From NCBI GenBank assembly GCA_037442745.1, contig JBBIPP010000003.1, positions 38,692-102,691 on the forward strand: a stretch of 64,000 nt of DNA. The letters run 5' to 3'. The notes under the pieces are model-generated. The model saw only the letters and a list, made by a program, of their open reading frames with translations. It ran no database searches and had not been told where the DNA came from. Within the stretch, counting starts at the first letter, position 1; every line of letters starts with the position of its first letter. A program made the position numbers and the translations under genes. Origin of the DNA: an archaeon (GTDB taxonomy: Archaea; SpSt-1190; DYHY01). Shown here piece after piece: positions 57,927 to 64,000 of this stretch.

Positions 57927-58125
57927 GTCCTCCCGCGAATTCCCCAGTCGAACTCCCATGCATCAATTCACGTTCGGAAAGGATTAATGAAATCTTACTT
58001 TCAACCAACGAAAAACCCGTACGCAGTCAGAAAAACAAATCGGAAGGGAAACAAAAAACACCTTTTCCACTAAAACCCGGAAAATTTTTATTAACAGGCA
58101 TCCCTTGTACATCAACAGAGCTTAG

Positions 58126-61100
58126 ATGGCGGAAAACAAGGCAATATTTGACGGATTTGCGAACAAGTATTCACTGCAAAAAACGCTAAGGTTCGGGCTT
58201 ATTCCCGACTCCGAAAGCAAAAAATGGATTGAAAAAAACCTTGTAATTGAAAAGGACGAAAAGCTTGCCGAGGAATACAAGAAAGCCAAGAAAATCATCG
58301 ACAAGGTTCACAAGGCATTCATTGAGAGCGCCCTTGAAAAGCTGAAATTGAACGAAAAAGCCCTCACCGCCTTCGAAAAAGAGACTGCCAAGACAAAGAA
58401 GGAACGGGACAAGAAGACAATAGAGAAAATACAGGCTTCCTTGAGAAACGAGGTTGCAGATTCGTTCAACAAGGACAAGGAAGAATTCAAAGCAATGTTT
58501 TCCGAGAAAATGATAAAGGAAAACGCCCCCCGCTTCTGCAACACTGCTGAAGAAAAGGCGACAATGAAACTATTCGACAACTTCACGACATATTTCAAGG
58601 AATTCCATAAGAACAGAAAAAACATCTATTCCAATGAGGCAAAGGCAACCTCAATTGCTTTCAGGATTGTGCACGAAAACCTGGTCACATTTGTCGACAA
58701 TCTCAGGATATTCGCAAAAATAAGGGAGGGCGGTCTTGACCTTGACAAGGCCGAGTATGAGCTGAAAAGCATTTTAGGAAAAGAAAAAATCGAAAAGCTA
58801 TTCTCAATAGAATATTTCAACAAAGTTCTTTCCCAGGGCGGAATAGACTTTTACAACAGAATAATCGGGGGCGAATTCGAGGAAGGCTCAAGAAAGAAAA
58901 TCCGCGGACTAAATGAACTCATAAACCTCCACAACCAAAAGGAACGAGGCAAGCTCCCCCGTTTCAAACAACTCAAAAAGCAGATTCTAAGCGACAGAAA
59001 GAAATCCCTGGATTTCGGATTTTTGGATGATTCGGAGCTTCTTCAGGCAATTGAAGAGTTCTACTTGAAGGAACTTTCCGATGAAAACGGCAAACGGACG
59101 CCCGAAATGCTAAGGGCGCTATTTGAACGGGCTGAAGAATTCGATATTGAAAAAATACACCTGAGAAACGACAGCACCTTGAGGGAACTTTCGAACAAAT
59201 TGTTCGGCGACTGGTCAGCAATAGAAAACGCCCTTTCAGAGCATTACGAAAAAGAAAATCCGTCAAAAGACACGAAAAAATACGAAAAAGACAAGGAAAA
59301 ATGGCTCAAGCAGGACCAATTCCCGATAGCAACAATAGAGACGGCGCTTTCCTTATATGAACACGAAAAAGTCGACAAGGGAAAATGCAAGGGGCTATTT
59401 TTTAGGCAGTTTTCCTCGTTCAAAAAGGAAGAGGACGACAAGGAGAACTTGCTTGAGAGACTCGAGATTTCCTACAATAGAGCAAAGCCGATCCTTGAGA
59501 ACAAGTCGCCCGGAAACAGGCTTGCTTCAGACGAACAGGCAAAGGGAAAGCTGAAAGCCTTGCTGGACGCCCTGATTGACATTCTCCATTTTGTCAAGTC
59601 CCTCCGCCTGAAAGACGCGGCAATTTCCGACAAGGACTATTCCTTCTACGGGGAATTCGACCCGCTTTTTGAAAGGCTTGACGGAATAGTTGGGATTTAC
59701 AACAAGACACGGAACTATCTGACGAAAAAGCCCTACAGCACCGAGAAAATAAAGCTCAATTTTGAGAACTCTGTCCTGTTAGGTGGCTGGGATAGAAACA
59801 TAGAAGACACCAAGGGAGGAGTTATTTTCAGAAAAGATGGCCAGTTTTATCTCGGAATAATAAACAAAAATAACAAAACAATATTGAAGAATCCTCCGAA
59901 GGCAAAGGATGGAGAAGTTGCCTTTGAGAAGATGTTTTACAAATTAATACCTAACCCTGCCAGAGACCTTCATCACACAATTTTATCAAAAAAGAGAAGT
60001 GCTAAATATAAACCAACAAAAACCCTCCTTGAAAAATACGAACAAAAAAAGCACATCAAGGGCGACAATTTCGACAAGAAATTCTGCCACGAGCTGATAG
60101 ATTTCTTCAAGGAATCGATAAAGAAAAACCCCGATTGGGAGACTTTCAACTTCAAATTCTCCGAGACATCTTCATACGAGGACATTAGCGGATTTTACAG
60201 GGAAGTTGGACGACAAGGCTACAAGGTTGTTTTCGAGAGAATTCCCGCAAGCTACATAGAAACCCTTGTCAAGGAGGGAAAGCTCTACCTTTTCAAAATA
60301 TGGAGCAAGGACTTTTCCAAAGACAGCAAAGGGACGCCGAACATGCACACCCTGTATTGGAGGGCGCTCTTTGACGAGAAAAACTTGAAAGAGCCTATCT
60401 ACAAGCTTAACGGAGAGGCCGAAATGTTCTTCAGGAAAAGGTCGGTCGAGCCCAAAATAACGCACCCAGCGGGAAAGCCGATACCCAACAAGAACCCGGA
60501 CAACCTCAAAAAGGAAAGCGTCTTCAAATACGACCTGATAAAGGACCGGCGGTATTCCCTCGACAAGTTCCAGTTCCACGTTCCGATTACTACGAATTTC
60601 GGGAGCGAAGGGCAGGAATTTATTGACTATGATGTCCGGGACGCGATCAAAAAGAGTCCAGTCAGAATAATAGGAATTGACAGGGGGGAACGCAATCTCC
60701 TCTATCTCTCAATGATTGACGAGAACGGGAAAATTCTACTGCAGGAATCCCTGAACAAAATAACCTCCCTCTATGGCGGGGGAAAGAAAACAACCGACTA
60801 CAATTCACTCCTTGCAAGAAGCGAGGCTGGGCGGGACGAGGCAAGACGGGATTGGAAAAAAATCGAGAACATCAAGGAAATCAAGGAAGGCTACCTGTCC
60901 CAAGCAGTCCATAAAATCGCGACTCTAATGGTCGAGAACGAGGCAATTGTCGTAATGGAGGACTTAAATTCCGGCTTCAAGAGGGGGCGAACTAAGGTGG
61001 AGAAGCAAGTCTACCAAAAGTTCGAGAGAATGCTGATTGAAAAGCTAAACTATCTTGTTTTCAAGAAACGTTCTCCCGAAGAAGCGGGAGGATTGAGGAA

Positions 61101-61845
61101 CGCCCTCCAATTGACAAGCAAGTTCAAGAGCTTCGAGAAGCTCGGAAAACAGAGCGGATTTCTGTTCTATATTCCGGCGGCAATGACAAGCAAAATTGAC
61201 CCGGTAACCGGGTTTGCCAACGAGCTCAACCCGAAATACGAGAGCGTCGGCAAGTCAAAAGAGTTTTTCTCCAAGTTCGAGAGAATATCTTACAACAGCA
61301 AAAAGAACTGGTTCGAGTTTTCGTTCGACTATTCGAATTTCAAGACAAAGGACGGGCTTGAAGGGAAATGGGTTGTATGCTCAACCCCGCACGAACGATT
61401 CTATAGGAATGGCGGAGCCAAGGGCGGAGCCAAGGGCGAAACTCTCCCGATGAACGCGAACGAAGAGCTGAAAAAATTGTTCGGGGAATTCGGGATTGAA
61501 TATTCAACTGGGGATTGCCTGAAGAAGGAAATAGTTTCAAAGGATTCGAAGGAGTTCTTCAAGAAACTAACCCGGGTTCTTGCGTCAATCCTGTCCCTCC
61601 GGCAGAACAACGGAAAAACTGGGCAGGATGAGCAAGACTACATACTTTCGCCAGTGGAACCCTTCTTCTGCTCCCTTGACGGAAAAGACGGGCTTCCAAA
61701 GGACGCCGACGCAAACGGAGCATATAACATTGCTAGAAAAGGCCTCCTGGCAGTCCGCCAAATAAGGTCTGCAGAAGACCCGAAAAAGGCCAGATTGGCA
61801 ATCCGCAACAAAGAGTGGCTGGAATTTGCGCAGGCAATGAAGTAA
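58126..61845 (+). CDS. cas12a: Type V-A CRISPR effector Cas12a (Cpf1)
   Basis: KYSLQKTLRFGL; RuvC motifs IGIDRGERNL, VMEDLN and DADANGAYNIA; RNase-site region NMHTLYW / KLNGEAE / FHVPI. Confidence 0.98.
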   Translation: MAENKAIFDGFANKYSLQKTLRFGLIPDSESKKWIEKNLVIEKDEKLAEEYKKAKKIIDKVHKAFIESALEKLKLNEKALTAFEKETAKTKKERDKKTIEKIQASLRNEVADSFNKDKEEFKAMFSEKMIKENAPRFCNTAEEKATMKLFDNFTTYFKEFHKNRKNIYSNEAKATSIAFRIVHENLVTFVDNLRIFAKIREGGLDLDKAEYELKSILGKEKIEKLFSIEYFNKVLSQGGIDFYNRIIGGEFEEGSRKKIRGLNELINLHNQKERGKLPRFKQLKKQILSDRKKSLDFGFLDDSELLQAIEEFYLKELSDENGKRTPEMLRALFERAEEFDIEKIHLRNDSTLRELSNKLFGDWSAIENALSEHYEKENPSKDTKKYEKDKEKWLKQDQFPIATIETALSLYEHEKVDKGKCKGLFFRQFSSFKKEEDDKENLLERLEISYNRAKPILENKSPGNRLASDEQAKGKLKALLDALIDILHFVKSLRLKDAAISDKDYSFYGEFDPLFERLDGIVGIYNKTRNYLTKKPYSTEKIKLNFENSVLLGGWDRNIEDTKGGVIFRKDGQFYLGIINKNNKTILKNPPKAKDGEVAFEKMFYKLIPNPARDLHHTILSKKRSAKYKPTKTLLEKYEQKKHIKGDNFDKKFCHELIDFFKESIKKNPDWETFNFKFSETSSYEDISGFYREVGRQGYKVVFERIPASYIETLVKEGKLYLFKIWSKDFSKDSKGTPNMHTLYWRALFDEKNLKEPIYKLNGEAEMFFRKRSVEPKITHPAGKPIPNKNPDNLKKESVFKYDLIKDRRYSLDKFQFHVPITTNFGSEGQEFIDYDVRDAIKKSPVRIIGIDRGERNLLYLSMIDENGKILLQESLNKITSLYGGGKKTTDYNSLLARSEAGRDEARRDWKKIENIKEIKEGYLSQAVHKIATLMVENEAIVVMEDLNSGFKRGRTKVEKQVYQKFERMLIEKLNYLVFKKRSPEEAGGLRNALQLTSKFKSFEKLGKQSGFLFYIPAAMTSKIDPVTGFANELNPKYESVGKSKEFFSKFERISYNSKKNWFEFSFDYSNFKTKDGLEGKWVVCSTPHERFYRNGGAKGGAKGETLPMNANEELKKLFGEFGIEYSTGDCLKKEIVSKDSKEFFKKLTRVLASILSLRQNNGKTGQDEQDYILSPVEPFFCSLDGKDGLPKDADANGAYNIARKGLLAVRQIRSAEDPKKARLAIRNKEWLEFAQAMK

Positions 61846-61866
61846 GCAGAATTCCGTCGGGGAAAA

Positions 61867-62424
61867 ATGGAGAACCCCATATCAATATCGAGCCTGAACG
61901 ACTTTGTCTTCTGCCCGAGAAGCATCTACTTCCACAACCTCTACTATTTCCTCGACGAGGGAACATACAAAGACGTTCCCCAGGCAAAGGGCCGGGCAAG
62001 CCACGAAACAATAGAGTCCGGGAAATATTCTTCCAAAGCAGGGATTCTGAAGGCAATTTCGGTGTATAGCGAGGAGCTGGGGATTGCCGGGAAGATAGAT
62101 CTGCTAGATCTCGAGAAAAAGACCTTGATAGAGCGCAAGCGCAAAATATCTCAGCTATATGAAGGATACCTTCTTCAGGTATATGCGCAGTATTTCTGCC
62201 TGATTGAGATGGGCTTTTCCGTCGAGAAAATAAAAATACACTCGGTTTCCGACAACAAGACCTACGACATTCCGATTCCCGGAGAGGCCGAAAAAGCCCG
62301 GCTCAAGGAAATTCTTCTGAAAATGAATTCCTACGACCTCGCCTTCCCCTTCTCGCAGAACCCGAAAAAATGCGCCGGGTGCATATACAGGAACGCGTGC
62401 GACATTTACGAAAATGATGAGTAG
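61867..62424 (+). CDS. cas4: CRISPR-associated Cas4 (type V-A)
   Basis: LNDFVFCPRSIY, GKID, ERK, QVYAQ and C..C.Y...C. Confidence 0.95.
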   Translation: MENPISISSLNDFVFCPRSIYFHNLYYFLDEGTYKDVPQAKGRASHETIESGKYSSKAGILKAISVYSEELGIAGKIDLLDLEKKTLIERKRKISQLYEGYLLQVYAQYFCLIEMGFSVEKIKIHSVSDNKTYDIPIPGEAEKARLKEILLKMNSYDLAFPFSQNPKKCAGCIYRNACDIYENDE

Positions 62425-63382
62425 ACCCGATTTTCTGGCCAAGCAAATAGTGCTCGTCGAGACGAGTTCCTCAATGAAGTTGCGGATCAAGAACTCCAAC
62501 ATGGTCTTGGAGGATTGCGAGGGAAAGACTGCGCTTCAGAACTCGATGCACAGAATTTTCCTGATATTCGTCCTAGGAGAGACTTCAATAACCTCAGTTT
62601 TCATAAAGGAGGCGAAAAAGCACGCAGTCCCGGTAATCTTCCTGAACTACAACCTGAAGGCATACCACGCGGTTTTTCCCGACGACCGGGGGAATTTTCT
62701 CCTGCGAAAAAAGCAGTACGAGTCAAAGGACAATTTCGCAATAGCGAAAAAAATCGTCCTAAACAAGTCGGAAAACCAGCTTTTCCTAGCCAACTCACTA
62801 AGATACAAGACCTTGGAGGAAGCGGAAGCAATCGAGAAACTCAAGGGGCTGATTAGCCAGGTGGCGACAGCCAAAGACGACAAGGAACTTTTGGGAATTG
62901 AAGGGAACATATCCCGGCTCTATTTCGCAACATATTTCAAAAACATGGACTTTAAGGGAAGGCAGCCAAGATGCAAGGCTGACCCGATAAACCTGCTTCT
63001 CGACATAGGATATCACTATTTGTTCAATTTCATCGAAGCTAACCTCAGGCTCTACGACTTTGACCTCTACTGCGGAGTCTACCACAAATTTTTTTACCAG
63101 AGAAAATCACTCGTCTGCGACATAATAGAGCCATTCCGGCCAATAATAGACCGGCAAGTCAGAAAAATGCATAATTTGGGGCAAATGAAGGAAGACCGGT
63201 TCGAGTCAAGGAACGGGCAGTTCTACCCCAAGCCCGAGCACTCGAAAGAGTTTTCCGCAATTTTTATGAAGGAAATTCTCGCCCACAAGGAGGAAATTTT
63301 CCTTTATGTTCAGGCCTATTACCGGGCGTTCATGAAAGGGAAGGACATCTCCCAATACCCGGAGTTTTGGATGGAGCAATGA
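62414..63382 (+). CDS. cas1: CRISPR-associated Cas1
   Basis: LLGIEG, R.PR..D..N.LLD.GY and H..FY.RKSLVCDIIEPFR. Confidence 0.96.
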   Translation: MMSRPDFLAKQIVLVETSSSMKLRIKNSNMVLEDCEGKTALQNSMHRIFLIFVLGETSITSVFIKEAKKHAVPVIFLNYNLKAYHAVFPDDRGNFLLRKKQYESKDNFAIAKKIVLNKSENQLFLANSLRYKTLEEAEAIEKLKGLISQVATAKDDKELLGIEGNISRLYFATYFKNMDFKGRQPRCKADPINLLLDIGYHYLFNFIEANLRLYDFDLYCGVYHKFFYQRKSLVCDIIEPFRPIIDRQVRKMHNLGQMKEDRFESRNGQFYPKPEHSKEFSAIFMKEILAHKEEIFLYVQAYYRAFMKGKDISQYPEFWMEQ

Positions 63383-63385
63383 AAA

Positions 63386-63658
63386 ATGCTCATATTGACA
63401 TACGACATACAGGACAATCGGCTCAGGACAAAGTTTTCGAACTTTGTTTTGCAATACGGGGAACGCCTACAATACTCCGTTTATGAAATAAGGAACTCTC
63501 CGAGGATATTGGAGCTGGTCAAATTCGGGATAAAAGAAAAATTTGAACGCAAATTCGGACAGGGGGATAGCGTAATAATTTTCAACATAAAGGAAACCTC
63601 CGAAATATTGCGTTTTGGAAATGCCAAAAACGCGGAAACGGACCTCTTGATTTACTGA
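63386..63658 (+). CDS. cas2: CRISPR-associated Cas2
   Basis: YDI..NRLR and RLQYSVYE. Confidence 0.95.
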   Translation: MLILTYDIQDNRLRTKFSNFVLQYGERLQYSVYEIRNSPRILELVKFGIKEKFERKFGQGDSVIIFNIKETSEILRFGNAKNAETDLLIY

Positions 63659-63877
63659 GTTGCAGACCCCTGTCTTAATTTCCTTCCGGGAAAAAGCGGA
63701 AAAACCCAATCTTTGCGGGTCTTGGGCGCCCAAATACGAAAAAACTAAAAACAACTCATTAAGAAATCTTGCCATCAGTCCGGAAAAATGAGTCTTGGAG
63801 TCGCTTCCAGGACGAGGCACAGAAGACCTAATTGCTGGATTTATCGCATTTCAGCAAAAAACCAAGACGCCGGACGG
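63659..63877 (+). promoter_or_regulatory. CRISPR leader
   Basis: Non-coding stretch between cas2 and the first repeat. Confidence 0.7.
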
Positions 63878-64000
63878 GTCTAGAGCTCTGGTCTAATTTC
63901 TACTATTGTAGATCCTGAAAACGGGTTAAAAGCGCGAAAGTCTAGAGCTCTGGTCTAATTTCTACTATTGTAGATGGACGACAGGTTCGACGAATGATTG
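63878..64000 (+). CRISPR. Type V-A CRISPR array (truncated by the window end)
   Basis: 36-bp repeat GTCTAGAGCTCTGGTCTAATTTCTACTATTGTAGAT at 63878-63913 and 63940-63975; 26-bp spacer CCTGAAAACGGGTTAAAAGCGCGAAA; partial second spacer 63976-64000. Confidence 0.97.

Noticed and set aside
57927-58125. tracrRNA or anti-repeat near cas12a
   Set aside because: No complement of the repeat was found; type V-A needs none
63672-63710. GTCTTAATTTCCTTCCGGGA as a degenerate repeat or regulatory mini-array in the leader
   Set aside because: Stem is only 4 bp, lacks TCTAC/GTAGA, and the following sequence has no seed match to the cas12a promoter

Overview
Archaeal chromosomal window: PolD DP1/DP2, Orc1/Cdc6, AglB, RtcB with archease, aEF-1beta, SecDF, NAC and tRNA-Arg(GCG). 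The gene content suggests a DPANN-like lineage, which is an inference. About 3.8-30 kb is a large surface-glycosylation region: aglB, a carbamoyltransferase, GT2/GT4/GT-C enzymes, flippases, gmd, two wecB-like epimerases and nucleotidyltransferases. It carries scars of recent rearrangement. The centre holds a probable replication origin, with ORB boxes at about 32.7-32.9 kb between a PPAT-like/wHTH fusion plus recJ and cdc6-DP1-DP2; gene orientation and base skew switch there. The right half has a Zn/Mn ABC importer with a Fur-type box, a bacterial-type deoxyhypusine synthase-like gene, a degenerate NikR and housekeeping genes. It ends in a complete type V-A CRISPR locus (cas12a-cas4-cas1-cas2-leader-array, truncated by the window edge). 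The top observation is that this Cas12a has intact catalytic sites but naturally substituted PAM-reading residues, encoded in a compositionally foreign segment of about 250 bp. That suggests a swapped PAM module and a non-TTTV PAM. Several candidate metabolite-sensing regulators built from degenerate enzymes are also present. All alignments and base counts were done by eye.
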